Positions 39,801 through 50,839 of a stretch of 64,000 nucleotides of DNA are shown here, piece by piece. Position 1 is the stretch's first letter. Each line of letters begins with the position of its first letter. Location: the IMG/VR virus record IMGVR_UViG_3300034418_011473, positions 1 to 64,000 of that record. One strand, 5' to 3'. Source of the DNA: a virus. The notes beneath the pieces are model-generated. The model made no database searches and was not told the origin of the DNA. It worked only from the letters and a program-made list of their open reading frames with translations. The position numbers and the translations under genes were made by a program.

Positions 39801-42800
39801 AGGTGAGACAGGTCCTTCAGGCTCCCCAGGTGAAGAAGGTTCATCGGGTACTTCAGGTTCATCAGGTCTTTCAGGTTTAACAGGTACTAGTGGCTCTTCA
39901 GGTACTTCAGGTTCATCAGGTACTTCAGGATCATCAGGTACTTCAGGTACTTCAGGTACTTCAGGTACTTCAGGTGCAGATGGTTCTTCAGGCACTTCAG
40001 GAGCAAGTGGAGATATCTATGCTAATTGTACTCCACAAACTATTACTTCCCCAGCAACGGGTACTTTATTTCTTACTATAGGTACTGGCTTAGCTTATAC
40101 TGCAGGTCAAAGTGTAATATTATCTATTAGTGCTACCCAATATATAGAAGGAATAATATCTTTTTATAATTCAAATAGTGGAAATGTAGCTATAACTGTT
40201 ACATCATCTAATGGTACTTTTGGAGGTTCAAATCCATGGTGTATTAACTTAGCAGGTGCTACAGGTGCTTCTGGATCTTCAGGTACTAGTGGTACTTCAG
40301 GTTCGTCAGGCACTTCTGGCATAGATGGTTCTTCGGGTACATCAGGTTCTTCAGGCACTTCAGGTACTTCAGGTACTTCAGGCACCTCAGGTACTTCAGG
40401 TGAGACAGGTCCTTCAGGCCCCCCAGGTGAAGAAGGTTCATCGGGTACTTCAGGTTCATCAGGTCTTTCAGGTTTAACAGGTACTAGTGGCTCTTCAGGT
40501 ACTTCAGGTTCATCAGGTACTAGTGGTTCATCTGGTACTTCGGGCTCATCAGGCACTAGTGGTTCTTCAGGTACCAGTGGTTCATCAGGTACTTCAGGAT
40601 CTTCAGGTACTAGTGGTTCATCAGGTCTTACAGGCTTGACAGGTACATCAGGTTCATCTGGTACTTCAGGTTCATCAGGTACTAGTGGTTCATCAGGTAC
40701 TTCAGGATTATCAGGTTCCTCAGGCACTTCAGGATCATCTGGCACTTCAGGTTCATCAGGTCTTACAGGTTTAACGGGTACTTCAGGTTCATCTGGTACT
40801 TCAGGTACTTCTGGTGCCGAATATTATAGATGTGTTCAATCTAATACTCTTCCTTCTCCTCCTACTATAGGACAAACTTACCAACAATTCATTGGAACTA
40901 GTTTAGCGTGGTCAACGGGAATGTATGTAGTACTAGAAGCTAATAATGGAGCTAGTATTATAATAGGACAAGTAGTAACGTATAGTTCTGTTACAGGATT
41001 CATAGAATTTGAAGTTCTTTCTTATCAAGGAACTTGGAGTAATATTACTCATTGGTGCTACAATATATCAGGTGCTCCTGGAGAAGATGGATCATCCGGT
41101 ACTTCAGGCTCATCAGGTACTTCAGGTTCATCGGGCACTTCAGGTTCATCAGGTACTTCAGGTACTTCAGGTGATACAGGCCCTACAGGTCTTCCAGGTT
41201 TAGATGGCTCTTCAGGTACTAGTGGTTCATCAGGTACTTCAGGCTCTTCAGGTTCTTCAGGATCTTCAGGTACTTCAGGCTCTTCAGGTACTTCTGGGGT
41301 ATATTCTTATTGTGGGTTTACTGGAATTGGTGTCCCACCACCTCCATCTCAATTTTCTATAACTATAGGAACTTATTTATCGTTTACTGCTGGTCAAAGT
41401 GTAATTATATATCAACAAAATAATGCTACCAAGTATATTTTAGGAACGGTAAATAGCTATACTCCAAGCACTGGAGTTATGGTGGTTGATTATATATCCC
41501 ATAATGGTAATTGGAGTGCGGGTCAAACTTGGTGTATCAATTTATCGGGTCAACCCGGGGAAGATGGTTCATCAGGCACCTCAGGTTCATCAGGCACTTC
41601 AGGTTCTTCAGGCACTTCAGGTTCATCAGGTACTAGTGGTTCTTCAGGCACTTCAGGTATAGATGGTTCTTCAGGTACTTCAGGATCTTCAGGTACTAGT
41701 GGCTCATCAGGTACTTCAGGTTCTTCAGGCACTTCAGGATCTTCAGGTACTTCAGGATCATCAGGTACTTCAGGTTCTTCAGGTACTTCAGGTTCATCAG
41801 GTACCTCAGGTTCTTCTGGTACTTCTGGTTCATCAGGTACTTCTGGTTCATCAGGCACTTCAGGTTCTTCAGGTACCAGTGGTTCATCCGGTCTTACAGG
41901 TTTAACAGGTACTTCAGGTTCTTCAGGTACTTCAGGATCATCAGGTGAATCCGGTTCATCAGGTACTTCGGGATCATCAGGTACTAGTGGTATTTCAGGA
42001 TCATCAGGCACTTCAGGTTCATCAGGCACTTCAGGTTCATCAGGCACCTCGGGTTCTTCAGGTCTTACAGGTTTAACGGGTACTAGCGGTTCTTCAGGTA
42101 CTAGTGGTTCTTCAGGCACTTCAGGTTCATCTGGTACTAGTGGAAGCCCAGGTGAACCCGGTTTAGATGGTTCTTCAGGTACTAGTGGTTCTTCAGGTAC
42201 TTCAGGTTCATCAGGTACTTCAGGATCATCAGGTACTTCAGGTACTTCAGGTTCATCAGGCACCTCGGGTTCTTCAGGTCTTACAGGTTTAACAGGTACT
42301 AGCGGCTCTTCAGGTACTAGCGGTTCTTCAGGCACTTCAGGTTCATCTGGTACTAGTGGTTCTTCAGGTACTTCAGGTTCATCAGGCACTTCAGGTTCAT
42401 CAGGTACCTCGGGTTCTTCAGGTCTTACAGGTTTAACGGGTACTAGCGGTTCTTCAGGTACTAGTGGTTCTTCAGGCACTTCAGGTTCATCTGGTACTTC
42501 AGGATCATCAGGAACTAGTGGTTCTTCAGGCACCTCAGGTTCATCAGGCACTTCAGGTTCTTCAGGCACTTCAGGATCATCAGGCACTTCAGGCTCATCA
42601 GGCACTTCAGGTTCATCCGGTACTAGTGGTTCATCAGGTACTTCAGGCTCTTCAGGTACTTCAGGATCATCAGGCACTTCAGGTATAGATGGTGACATTT
42701 ATGCTAATTGTACTGACCAAACTATTGCTTCTTCCCCAACAACCATTTCTATTCAAATAGGAGCAGGTTTAGCATATACAGCTGGACAAAATGTTATATT

Positions 42801-45495
42801 TGCTATTGATGCTAATAATTTTATAGAAGGAACTGTAAATAGTTATGATCCCAATAATGGGAATATAACTATAAATGTTACTAGTTTTACAGGGAGTTGG
42901 AGTGGTACAAATGAATGGTGTATTAACTTAGCAGGCGCCCCAGGTGCATCAGGTTCATCAGGTACTTCAGGTACTAGTGGCTCATCAGGTACTTCAGGAT
43001 CATCAGGTACTTCAGGTTCTTCAGGTACTTCAGGTATAGATGGTTCTTCAGGCACTTCAGGTTCATCAGGCACTTCAGGTTCATCCGGTACTAGTGGTTC
43101 ATCTGGTACTTCAGGATCTTCTGGCACTTCGGGTTCATCTGGTACTTCAGGTTCATCAGGTACTTCGGGTTCTTCAGGTACTTCAGGTATAGACGGCTCT
43201 TCAGGCACCTCAGGTTCTTCAGGTACTTCAGGATCTTCAGGTACTAGTGGTTCATCAGGTACTTCAGGTATAGATGGCTCATCAGGCACTTCAGGGTCTT
43301 CAGGCACTTCAGGTTCATCTGGTACTAGTGGTATTTCAGGTTCTTCAGGTACTAGTGGCTCATCAGGCACTTCAGGTTCTTCAGGCACTTCAGGATCTTC
43401 AGGCACTTCAGGATCATCAGGTACTTCAGGATCTTCAGGTACTTCAGGTTCATCAGGCACTTCGGGATCATCAGGCACCTCAGGATCATCAGGTACTTCA
43501 GGTTCATCAGGTACTTCAGGATCATCAGGTACTTCAGGTACTTCAGGTTCATCAGGTACCTCGGGTTCTTCAGGTCTTACAGGTTTAACAGGCACTAGCG
43601 GTTCCTCAGGTACTTCAGGTATAGATGGTTCTTCAGGCACTTCAGGATCATCAGGCACTTCAGGTTCATCAGGCACTTCAGGTTCATCAGGTACCTCGGG
43701 TTCTTCAGGTCTTACAGGTTTAACGGGTACTAGCGGTTCTTCAGGTACTAGTGGTTCTTCAGGCACTTCAGGTTCATCAGGTACTAGTGGTTCTTCAGGC
43801 ACTTCAGGTTCATCAGGTACTAGTGGTTCTTCAGGCACTTCAGGTATAGATGGTTCTTCAGGCACTTCAGGTACTTCTGGTTCTTCAGGCACTTCAGGTA
43901 TAGATGGTTCTTCAGGTACTAGCGGTTCTTCAGGTACTAGTGGTTCTTCAGGCACTTCAGGTTCATCAGGTACTAGTGGTTCTTCAGGCACTTCAGGTAT
44001 AGATGGTTCTTCAGGTACTTCAGGATCTTCAGGTACTTCTGGTTCTTCAGGTACTTCAGGTATAGATGGCTCATCAGGCACTTCAGGGTCTTCAGGCACC
44101 TCAGGTTCATCTGGCACTAGTGGTATTTCAGGTTCTTCAGGTACTAGTGGCTCATCAGGCACTTCAGGTTCTTCAGGCACTTCAGGATCTTCAGGTACTT
44201 CAGGATCATCAGGTACTTCAGGTTCTTCAGGTACTTCAGGTATAGATGGCTCATCAGGCACTTCAGGGTCTTCAGGCACCTCAGGTTCATCTGGTACTAG
44301 TGGTATTTCAGGTTCTTCAGGTACTAGTGGCTCATCAGGCACTTCAGGTATAGATGGCTCATCAGGCACTTCAGGGTCTTCAGGCACCTCAGGTTCATCT
44401 GGTACTAGTGGTACTTCTGGTTCTTCAGGCACTAGCGGTTCTTCAGGCACTTCAGGTTCATCAGGTCTTTCAGGTACACCAAGTACTAGTGGTTCATCTG
44501 GTACTTCAGGTTCATCAGGTACTAATGGTTCTTCAGGTACTTCAGGTTCATCAGGTACTTCGGGTACAAACGGTTCTTCAGGAACTTCAGGCTCATCAGG
44601 TCTTTCAGGTACACCTAGCACTAGTGGCTCGTCAGGTACTAGTGGTTTATCAGGTACTAATGGCACCTCAGGTACTTCAGGTGTTTCCATCACAGGACCT
44701 ACAGGTCCTCAAGGTATTAATGGTATTAGAGGAGGGGTTGAATATAAATCAGGATCAGGTCCAGGAAAGGTTGCATGGAGTAGTACAATAAATGCCCTCA
44801 CTATATCACGTTATGATGATCAGGGTAATGATGTTTATGATTGGATTAATAGCTGGGATGATGTTAATAATGCACAAAATAAAGGTCAGGTTACAATATA
44901 TTCCGATGATGGTAATGAACTTCTTATAGGAACAATTAATACTTTAGTTTTTATTCCAAACCAATTTTTAATTACATTAGAATATCCTCTTGTTGACCAA
45001 TATTCTCCTACTACTAATGAAACAGTTTTAGTTTCATTTTCTCCTAGAGGAGCAACAGGTCCCGGATTTATTGAGACATGGTCGGGTGCTCAAACTGTAT
45101 TAGCAAATGATTCGGATACTTTTAACGTAGGTGTTAACTTAGGAACAAATGATGTAGTAGAATTTGATGGAAGAATAATCCTTAAAGGAAATAATGGAAT
45201 TTCTCCATTAGAATCAGTAGGCATTACTATAAAATATACCGGAACACTCATAGCCCTTCCTGGTGGACAACATTATCTTTCAGATTTAACAATTTTGGAT
45301 ACTAGTGGAACTATTACTACTAATACTGCAGGTGTTATTTCTACCTCAGATGTAAATTTGTATAAAGTATGGTTATCATATATCGATTCACTTTCTACTC
45401 TTCCAAACGTTTTAACTCTTGAAGTTAATAATGAATTTGCATATAGTTTACAATATAAATATTTTACAACAATACGCTATTTTAATACTTTATAA
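36823..45495 (+). CDS. giant Gly-Ser/Thr (G-X-Y) collagen-like fibre protein, 2890 aa
   Basis: About 2000 residues of GTS/GSS triplets broken by five homologous ~85-aa modules; globular ends. Confidence 0.85.
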   Translation: MAQEFLADRDLGAFCIPYKVAGNSIIPPTGHLSFYNKLDVRYVTRVDIHKNDFNNNNILRYLTGSNKGNLTISSKNFPTSYAVFSYTEITSNSNYVTFTLDTGAVASSANLPFTTGEEVCIKLDYNDGEGGTGGVAGTNGTSGTSGIGGVTTGGDDIEVTGAGTESDPYVINYTGSSSSGTSGTSGTSGTSGTSGTSGTSGTSGTSGTSGSSGTSGSSGTSGSSGTSGSSGTSGSSGTSGTSGTSGSSGTSGIDGSSGTSGSSGTSGIDGSSGTSGTTGTSGTSGTSGETGPTGPLGPEGSSGTSGSSGISGTSGTSGTSGADGDTYSNCSTQNLSTPTPGTQITITIATGLAYTPGQSVILAQQSTPSNYIEGTVNNYTSGTGSITIDVTAVGGSFSGPTTWCINLAGATGQAGSSGTSGTTGTSGTSGIDGSSGTAGTSGSSGLTGLTGTSGSSGTSGSSGTSGSSGTSGSSGTSGSSGTSGSSGTSGTSGTSGSSGTSGIDGSSGTSGEDGSSGTSGSSGTNGSSGTSGFSGTSGTNGSSGTSGTTGTSGTSGETGPTGPLGPEGSSGTSGTSGTSGGIGPIGPEGSSGTSGSSGTSGSSGVSGSSGTSGVDGSSGTSGETGPIGPIGPIGPTGPSGDNGSSGTSGSSGTSGSSGTSGISGSSGTSGIDGSSGTSGGTGPIGPIGPEGSSGTSGSSGTSGSSGLTGLTGTSGSSGTSGSSGTSGSSGTSGTSGSSGSSGTSGSSGLSGLTGTSGSSGTSGSSGTSGSSGTSGSSGTSGSSGTSGSSGTSGSSGTSGSSGTSGSSGTSGSSGTSGSSGTSGSSGTSGFSGTSGSSGTSGSSGTSGSSGTSGSSGTSGSSGTSGSSGTSGSSGTSGSSGTSGSSGTSGSSGTSGSSGTSGSSGTSGSSGTSGSSGTSGSSGTSGSSGTSGSSGTSGSSGTSGSSGTSGSSGTSGSSGTSGSSGTSGSSGTSGSSGTSGSSGTSGSSGTSGTSGETGPSGSPGEEGSSGTSGSSGLSGLTGTSGSSGTSGSSGTSGSSGTSGTSGTSGTSGADGSSGTSGASGDIYANCTPQTITSPATGTLFLTIGTGLAYTAGQSVILSISATQYIEGIISFYNSNSGNVAITVTSSNGTFGGSNPWCINLAGATGASGSSGTSGTSGSSGTSGIDGSSGTSGSSGTSGTSGTSGTSGTSGETGPSGPPGEEGSSGTSGSSGLSGLTGTSGSSGTSGSSGTSGSSGTSGSSGTSGSSGTSGSSGTSGSSGTSGSSGLTGLTGTSGSSGTSGSSGTSGSSGTSGLSGSSGTSGSSGTSGSSGLTGLTGTSGSSGTSGTSGAEYYRCVQSNTLPSPPTIGQTYQQFIGTSLAWSTGMYVVLEANNGASIIIGQVVTYSSVTGFIEFEVLSYQGTWSNITHWCYNISGAPGEDGSSGTSGSSGTSGSSGTSGSSGTSGTSGDTGPTGLPGLDGSSGTSGSSGTSGSSGSSGSSGTSGSSGTSGVYSYCGFTGIGVPPPPSQFSITIGTYLSFTAGQSVIIYQQNNATKYILGTVNSYTPSTGVMVVDYISHNGNWSAGQTWCINLSGQPGEDGSSGTSGSSGTSGSSGTSGSSGTSGSSGTSGIDGSSGTSGSSGTSGSSGTSGSSGTSGSSGTSGSSGTSGSSGTSGSSGTSGSSGTSGSSGTSGSSGTSGSSGTSGSSGLTGLTGTSGSSGTSGSSGESGSSGTSGSSGTSGISGSSGTSGSSGTSGSSGTSGSSGLTGLTGTSGSSGTSGSSGTSGSSGTSGSPGEPGLDGSSGTSGSSGTSGSSGTSGSSGTSGTSGSSGTSGSSGLTGLTGTSGSSGTSGSSGTSGSSGTSGSSGTSGSSGTSGSSGTSGSSGLTGLTGTSGSSGTSGSSGTSGSSGTSGSSGTSGSSGTSGSSGTSGSSGTSGSSGTSGSSGTSGSSGTSGSSGTSGSSGTSGSSGTSGIDGDIYANCTDQTIASSPTTISIQIGAGLAYTAGQNVIFAIDANNFIEGTVNSYDPNNGNITINVTSFTGSWSGTNEWCINLAGAPGASGSSGTSGTSGSSGTSGSSGTSGSSGTSGIDGSSGTSGSSGTSGSSGTSGSSGTSGSSGTSGSSGTSGSSGTSGSSGTSGIDGSSGTSGSSGTSGSSGTSGSSGTSGIDGSSGTSGSSGTSGSSGTSGISGSSGTSGSSGTSGSSGTSGSSGTSGSSGTSGSSGTSGSSGTSGSSGTSGSSGTSGSSGTSGSSGTSGTSGSSGTSGSSGLTGLTGTSGSSGTSGIDGSSGTSGSSGTSGSSGTSGSSGTSGSSGLTGLTGTSGSSGTSGSSGTSGSSGTSGSSGTSGSSGTSGSSGTSGIDGSSGTSGTSGSSGTSGIDGSSGTSGSSGTSGSSGTSGSSGTSGSSGTSGIDGSSGTSGSSGTSGSSGTSGIDGSSGTSGSSGTSGSSGTSGISGSSGTSGSSGTSGSSGTSGSSGTSGSSGTSGSSGTSGIDGSSGTSGSSGTSGSSGTSGISGSSGTSGSSGTSGIDGSSGTSGSSGTSGSSGTSGTSGSSGTSGSSGTSGSSGLSGTPSTSGSSGTSGSSGTNGSSGTSGSSGTSGTNGSSGTSGSSGLSGTPSTSGSSGTSGLSGTNGTSGTSGVSITGPTGPQGINGIRGGVEYKSGSGPGKVAWSSTINALTISRYDDQGNDVYDWINSWDDVNNAQNKGQVTIYSDDGNELLIGTINTLVFIPNQFLITLEYPLVDQYSPTTNETVLVSFSPRGATGPGFIETWSGAQTVLANDSDTFNVGVNLGTNDVVEFDGRIILKGNNGISPLESVGITIKYTGTLIALPGGQHYLSDLTILDTSGTITTNTAGVISTSDVNLYKVWLSYIDSLSTLPNVLTLEVNNEFAYSLQYKYFTTIRYFNTL
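37345..44730 (+). repeat. degenerate 9/18-bp tandem repeats (GGY ACT TCA GGT TCW TCA) coding GTSGSS
   Basis: Directly visible; third-position variation keeps the Gly-every-third-residue register. Confidence 0.95.
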
Positions 45496-45502
45496 TATTT
45501 AT
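45495..45502 (+). promoter_or_regulatory. ATATTTAT motif
   Basis: 4 nt before ATG 45507. Confidence 0.55.
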
Positions 45503-45506
45503 AAAC

Positions 45507-45965
45507 ATGCCAGCATTGAATCAAAATTTTATAATACATGATTTAGATTATTTTCAAGTAAGATTTAATATTACTGATGCTGTAAACCCCCTAGATAATT
45601 CAACTGCACGTTGTTGGTGGGGAGTAGCTGAAGATAGTAGTGATGGCTCTTCAGGTACTTATCTTCTTATTGAAAGAAGTAATAATACTTGGACTAATAC
45701 TGGTGTAGGTGATACTGTTAACTTTGGTAGTACTACACTACTTACAATAGAACCTACTTATGTGGATATAATAGTAGGAGTACAAAATATAACAGCTGGT
45801 GGTAAAGGTGGTTCTTATAACCTGACTCCTACTTCCTTTCCTGGTGTATACTACCATGAATGTATATATAGCGGCACCGGTGCCCAAACAAATTCAACAG
45901 CAATAGCAACAGGACAAATAACAGTTCTTCAATCACTATTTACAGAACAAGGATATAGAGCTTAA
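45507..45965 (+). CDS. beta-sandwich-like virion protein, paralogue 1
   Basis: Shares MPALNQNF, WWGV, YYHE and G.ITV..S.FT...YR with the next gene. Confidence 0.7.
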   Translation: MPALNQNFIIHDLDYFQVRFNITDAVNPLDNSTARCWWGVAEDSSDGSSGTYLLIERSNNTWTNTGVGDTVNFGSTTLLTIEPTYVDIIVGVQNITAGGKGGSYNLTPTSFPGVYYHECIYSGTGAQTNSTAIATGQITVLQSLFTEQGYRA

Positions 45966-45985
45966 GTAAAAAACACAAAAAAACA

Positions 45986-46465
45986 ATGCCCGCACTAAAT
46001 CAAAATTTTACAAGATTAGAAAGTGATAGTTATGTATTAGAATTTACTCCTACAGATGGAACAGTTTCACTACTTACATATGCTGGTTGGTGGGGAGTAT
46101 CCAATACAGATACAGCTGCAGGTTCATTATTATTAGAGGGGTGGACAAACAATTCAAATGGTTCAATCTCACTTAATGGGTATAATGCTACTGGTGGTTG
46201 TCAAAATACCCCATCCCAACCCGCCTTTCCTATCGATGGAACAGGTGCTGCTGTTAATGTTAGAATTTTCAACTTCGAAAACAAAATCCGAATTGTAATG
46301 GACCAATCAATACAGGATCTTATTACTCCTAATGGAACTTATTATCATGAATTAGTATTAATGAAGGTAGCAGCTAATACAGCATATCAATGTATATCTC
46401 ATGTAGCAGCATCTGGATTTATAACTGTCGAAAATTCTATATTTACTAATAGAACTTATAGATAA
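45986..46465 (+). CDS. beta-sandwich-like virion protein, paralogue 2
   Basis: Same motifs as 45507-45965. Confidence 0.7.
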   Translation: MPALNQNFTRLESDSYVLEFTPTDGTVSLLTYAGWWGVSNTDTAAGSLLLEGWTNNSNGSISLNGYNATGGCQNTPSQPAFPIDGTGAAVNVRIFNFENKIRIVMDQSIQDLITPNGTYYHELVLMKVAANTAYQCISHVAASGFITVENSIFTNRTYR

Positions 46466-46764
46466 TGTCTTGTGGTCCTTTAAATGGTCTTTTAACAAGT
46501 AGTATTAACTCACAGCTTTTAGGGCCTTCTCTAGAAGGATTATATAACAATAGTTGGAACCCAAAATTTGCAGGTGTACCCTTAAATTTAAATTTATCAT
46601 CATCCTATCAAAATGGACTTTTAACTTCAAGTTTACAATGTTCTAATTTTATATTATACTTTGGAGAAGATAAAACTATTAGTACATATGGTTATAATTT
46701 ACAAGCAGAACTTTCTTCTTCAATGCCCCTACAATTATGTCGCCCTCGTTTTACTTTTGAATAA
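46465..46764 (+). CDS. hypothetical protein
   Basis: TAATG overlap; NGLLTSS occurs twice. Confidence 0.55.
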   Translation: MSCGPLNGLLTSSINSQLLGPSLEGLYNNSWNPKFAGVPLNLNLSSSYQNGLLTSSLQCSNFILYFGEDKTISTYGYNLQAELSSSMPLQLCRPRFTFE

Positions 46765-46803
46765 ATTTTAATTTTATAATTAAAAAATAGTTACAATTAA
46801 AAC

Positions 46804-46811
46804 ATATTTAT
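46804..46811 (+). promoter_or_regulatory. ATATTTAT motif
   Basis: 4 nt before ATG 46816. Confidence 0.55.
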
Positions 46812-46815
46812 AACC

Positions 46816-48114
46816 ATGCCTCATAATGATCAAATAAATTATAGTGTTAAAGTTAGGTTAGATCCCAACATCGACCCAGATGCAAGTGTAGTATGGAATA
46901 GTACTAATAAAAAATTTGAATTAGGAACGGGTACGGGTATTACTATTATTAACCCCGATGATCATAATATGATCACAGCTAATGGAACCACAGACTCTAT
47001 AACTGGTGAAGATTATTTTAGATATGTTGGTGGGGGTTCTAGTGGAACTAGTGTAGGAAGAGTAGCTATAGGACAATATGACAATGCCACTCCCTACACT
47101 ATGCTTGATATAGGAAGAAATATTACAAACAACACCACTAGTGGCTTCCCAGAAGCAATATTTTATTCTACTAATACAAGTTTTAATTTTGGTTTAAGAC
47201 TAGGTCTTCACCAATTATCGTGGGATCAAGGTAGTGGTACCTATAAGTCACTAGAGGCTACAATAGGAACAGCAGATAAAGCAGGATCCCCTGATACAGA
47301 TATATATGTTGGAAAATATTCTAGTTTAGGTGTGGGTACTTTTACTCCTATAGCAGCATTTGGTATTCCTCGTGAAAGTTTTGGAATTGGAAAATCAGAA
47401 AAAGCATTAATTGCTTATAGTGAAACTCCTACTTTAACTCCAATTCAAGCTACTCAACTTAATTCAACTTTTTATGTGGGGGAGGATGTTGATGCTAGTA
47501 GTGAAATTACTTCTGCTAAAGATTCTGTAGCTGAAATTACTAATTTTAACACTTCTGGAAATCAATACAATACTGCCTTAATAATTAATTTAGCAGCAAC
47601 AAGTGGTCAAAACCAACAAGATTGGGTAGGAAGTTCTGGATCCCCAGACGATAACTGTAGATTTATTTCATTTAGACGTAGAGCAACTATTAATGAACAT
47701 AACAACTCATATCCTTCATTCATAGAATGTGGTAAAATAGTTTTAAATGGAGCAGAAGCTGCTGCACCTAGTGGAGAAATATTTCCAGGTGTTCTTTATC
47801 TTAATACATCTGATAAACGATTTAAAAATAATATTAAGCCCCTTTCAGTAGGATTAAATGAACTTTTAAAAATCCAACCTAGTGAATATAATTGGAACCA
47901 ATCCCCTATTGTAAGTAAAGGATTTATTGCTCAAGATTTGTATAAGATTTATCCTGATGCTGTATATAAACCTAAAGATGAAACGGATTTATCTGATCCT
48001 TGGTCTGTAGATTATGGTAAATTAACTCCTTTACTTGTAAAAGCAATTCAAGATCAACAAAAGATTATTGAGGGGCTAAAAGAAAGAATTATTAAACTTG
48101 AAAACTCTATTTAA
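46816..48114 (+). CDS. tail fibre/spike with C-terminal intramolecular chaperone (peptidase S74)
   Basis: TSDKRFKNNI, GFIAQDL..IYP.AV, VDYGKLTPLLVKAIQ plus a terminal coiled coil. Confidence 0.88.
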   Translation: MPHNDQINYSVKVRLDPNIDPDASVVWNSTNKKFELGTGTGITIINPDDHNMITANGTTDSITGEDYFRYVGGGSSGTSVGRVAIGQYDNATPYTMLDIGRNITNNTTSGFPEAIFYSTNTSFNFGLRLGLHQLSWDQGSGTYKSLEATIGTADKAGSPDTDIYVGKYSSLGVGTFTPIAAFGIPRESFGIGKSEKALIAYSETPTLTPIQATQLNSTFYVGEDVDASSEITSAKDSVAEITNFNTSGNQYNTALIINLAATSGQNQQDWVGSSGSPDDNCRFISFRRRATINEHNNSYPSFIECGKIVLNGAEAAAPSGEIFPGVLYLNTSDKRFKNNIKPLSVGLNELLKIQPSEYNWNQSPIVSKGFIAQDLYKIYPDAVYKPKDETDLSDPWSVDYGKLTPLLVKAIQDQQKIIEGLKERIIKLENSI

Positions 48115-48117
48115 CAA

Positions 48118-50652
48118 ATGCCTATTTCTTATATTTACGGTGATGGAATTTCTATACAGAGTTCTTCATTAAATTCTAGTGGATCTATAGCATCTTCTTA
48201 TACTCAATTCAGAATTGAAGCTACAGGATCTAAAGGAAATAAATTTCAAATCCTTATCCCCTCCCAATCAACTGGTGAAAATGAAGATACTATAGCTTTA
48301 TTTATTACAAGTTCTGGTAAAGATGCTAATGTAGGAATAGGTACTAAAAGTCCTAAATCCTTATTTGAAATAAGATCTTCCCAATCATCTTCAAAATCTA
48401 CCCCCGATTTTATATTAGCAACTCCTAGCAGTTCTCTTATTACAGGAGGTGAATCAGCAAGACTTTCTTTTGTCATAGAAGATACTATTCTTTCAGGCAG
48501 TGAATTCGCAATTTCAGGAAGCACAGGAGCTATATATTCTAGGGTTCTTTCAGACCCTTCAACTACAGGTTACCAATATGGGTCTTTAGTATTTGAAGTA
48601 GATGGACCTAATGATATTACTAAAGATACTAAAGGCTTAGAAATAGGATATGGTTTAAATCCCTTTTTACCAACCACCATTGCTTCAGTATTTACAGGAA
48701 GTATTGTTATAGGAGCAGGAGATGTCAACCCTATACCAGGTATGTATGTACGTAATTATCTAGGTAACGATGTAGTATATATAGGCCAAGATATTTTTTC
48801 ACCATTAGATCTTGATGCTGGACAATTAATACTTTATGAAAATAATTCTCCAAAAATTAATCTCCAAACAGACCCAGGTGAAGATAGTTATATTAATACT
48901 ACAGGTAATTTTGGAATAGGAACATCTTCTCCTAACGCAAAACTTGAAGTAGTAGGAAACACAATACTCTCAGGTTCATTAGCAGTTTCTCAATCATTTA
49001 CAGCTTCAGGTTTATATTATCCTGATACTGATGGTACTGATGGTCAATTTTTAGCTACAGATGGAGCAGGTAACTTAAGTTTTCAAACAATAGAAGATGT
49101 TTATGTTACCGTAAAAAATGTTTCTGGGGGTACTTTATATAAAGGTACTCCGGTACATGCTACTTCCTCAGTTGCTGCGGGTAATGCTACTCCTGTTATA
49201 GCAGCTTCTGCTTCTAATGCTCTTACAATGCCTGCTACTTTTGTTTTAAATGAACAAATAGATGATGAAGCAGAAGGCCAAGCATTACTTTCAGGATTTA
49301 TCCAAGGAGTAAATACTTCATTATTTGAAGTAGGTGAAGTAGTTTATGTAGGAGAAAATGGAGGATTTACAAATATTAAACCTACAGGTTCTAATAATTT
49401 AATCCAAAACTTAGGTATTGTTACTAAAATTCACCCATCCAATGGTAGTGGGTGGGTATATGGTTCTGGAAGATCTAATGATGTACCCAACTTACCTACA
49501 GGAAAAATATGGGTTGGTAGTGATACTTACTCAGTAACTTCATCTGTAATTTCATTAGATGAAGCTAATAAGTATGTATCTGGCTCAGAAAGTGCTAAAT
49601 TCCAATTAGGTACTTACGCTTTTGGATATAATACTTTCCCAGGGTTTGGATTTGACATAACAGGCTCAGGTATAATAGTTAGTAGTTCTTTACCTTCTTT
49701 ACATTATCCTATGGTAAAAATAGGAGAAACAGAATTACTAGATTTAACTACATCTACTGCTTTAGCAGATCATACTTTTACTATCCATAATGTAGATAAT
49801 TTCCAAGTTACTTCTGGGAGTGAACCCACAGATGTTTCTACTAATAAATTATTTGAACATATTGGGGATACTTTTAAAGTTTATAGTAAAGGAAATTCAA
49901 CCCCTGTATTTACAGCATCAAGTAGTTCTATTGCTTTACAAGGAAAAAATGTTAGTATTTTACCTTCATCAGGAGTTCCTTATATAAAAACTCCTAATGC
50001 ATCTTCCTCTCCCCAATATGTGCCTGTATTTGATGCTTTACCTGACAACATATCAGGAAGAGAATTAAAATATATAACATCTTCTACTTTTATAGGAGGA
50101 GGATTAAGTACCCCTTATAGTTTAGGTACTTTTGGTGGGAAATATCAGTGGGGTACTACTGATGGAGGTAAAACTGTGGTTCATGGTTTTGTTAATGGAC
50201 CTACTGCAGGGGCCACACAAAACTCAGATCATTGGATAGATAGTGCTGTCTACACCCCTGATTCTACTACTTATAGTATGAGTACCTATAAAATGCAATA
50301 TGCTGCTTTATACTCCCCAGTAGGAGGAATCCCCCATATTAAGGGTTGGGGAAGAACTTCAGATTCAGATTTTACTACAAATCATTCCATGTCAATTTCT
50401 CTTTGGTCCCTAGATACAGAACCTGCAAACCTTGCTGCGGGTAGTCAAACTTTAACTCTTAGAGCTCAATCTGAATTTTTAACATTTAATGCTGGTACCA
50501 TTAACTACCTAGGAAACGGATGGGAAGCTTCAGGAAGTAGTGTTCGCCCTGCAGGTACTTTTTATTTTGTTACTTGGGATTTAGGTGGTCCTAATCCTTC
50601 TTCAACTGCTGATTTATCAGCAAACTTTACAATTTGGGTTGAACCCTCATAA
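48118..50652 (+). CDS. modular virion fibre protein
   Basis: GIGT.SP motifs; shares a ~180-aa module with 13368-16382. Confidence 0.7.
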   Translation: MPISYIYGDGISIQSSSLNSSGSIASSYTQFRIEATGSKGNKFQILIPSQSTGENEDTIALFITSSGKDANVGIGTKSPKSLFEIRSSQSSSKSTPDFILATPSSSLITGGESARLSFVIEDTILSGSEFAISGSTGAIYSRVLSDPSTTGYQYGSLVFEVDGPNDITKDTKGLEIGYGLNPFLPTTIASVFTGSIVIGAGDVNPIPGMYVRNYLGNDVVYIGQDIFSPLDLDAGQLILYENNSPKINLQTDPGEDSYINTTGNFGIGTSSPNAKLEVVGNTILSGSLAVSQSFTASGLYYPDTDGTDGQFLATDGAGNLSFQTIEDVYVTVKNVSGGTLYKGTPVHATSSVAAGNATPVIAASASNALTMPATFVLNEQIDDEAEGQALLSGFIQGVNTSLFEVGEVVYVGENGGFTNIKPTGSNNLIQNLGIVTKIHPSNGSGWVYGSGRSNDVPNLPTGKIWVGSDTYSVTSSVISLDEANKYVSGSESAKFQLGTYAFGYNTFPGFGFDITGSGIIVSSSLPSLHYPMVKIGETELLDLTTSTALADHTFTIHNVDNFQVTSGSEPTDVSTNKLFEHIGDTFKVYSKGNSTPVFTASSSSIALQGKNVSILPSSGVPYIKTPNASSSPQYVPVFDALPDNISGRELKYITSSTFIGGGLSTPYSLGTFGGKYQWGTTDGGKTVVHGFVNGPTAGATQNSDHWIDSAVYTPDSTTYSMSTYKMQYAALYSPVGGIPHIKGWGRTSDSDFTTNHSMSISLWSLDTEPANLAAGSQTLTLRAQSEFLTFNAGTINYLGNGWEASGSSVRPAGTFYFVTWDLGGPNPSSTADLSANFTIWVEPS

Positions 50653-50662
50653 TTAATATAAA

Positions 50663-50797
50663 ATGCATACCCCTACTCATACCCCTTTTCCTAAATTATC
50701 CACTACTTCTAGTTTAGCTGACGTAGTAAGTGAATACAATAATTTAGCAGAATTTTTAAACCAACAAAACTTCCCAAATCCTGATTTAGAAAAGTAA
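50663..50797 (+). CDS. small ORF, 44 aa (MHTPTHTPFPKL...PDLEK), not in the ORF track
   Basis: Fills the gap between the fibre gene and the next promoter; A-rich start context. Confidence 0.45.
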   Translation: MHTPTHTPFPKLSTTSSLADVVSEYNNLAEFLNQQNFPNPDLEK

Positions 50798-50802
50798 AAT
50801 AA

Positions 50803-50832
50803 CTTGTTTTTCTAAATTTAATTTGTTATATT
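50803..50832 (+). promoter_or_regulatory. Bacteroidota-type sigma70 promoter candidate
   Basis: CTTG-N20-TATATT, same spacing as three other sites. Confidence 0.5.
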
Positions 50833-50839
50833 AATTGTT

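Noticed and set aside
37345-44730. Possible CRISPR array or non-coding satellite
   Set aside because: No constant repeat with unique spacers; it is an in-frame coding repeat
37338-44791. Long minus-strand PEVPEEP ORFs and alternate-frame LQVLQV/MNLKYL ORFs
   Set aside because: Shadows of the GTSGSS repeat; third-position variation preserves the Gly frame, and there are no independent start signals
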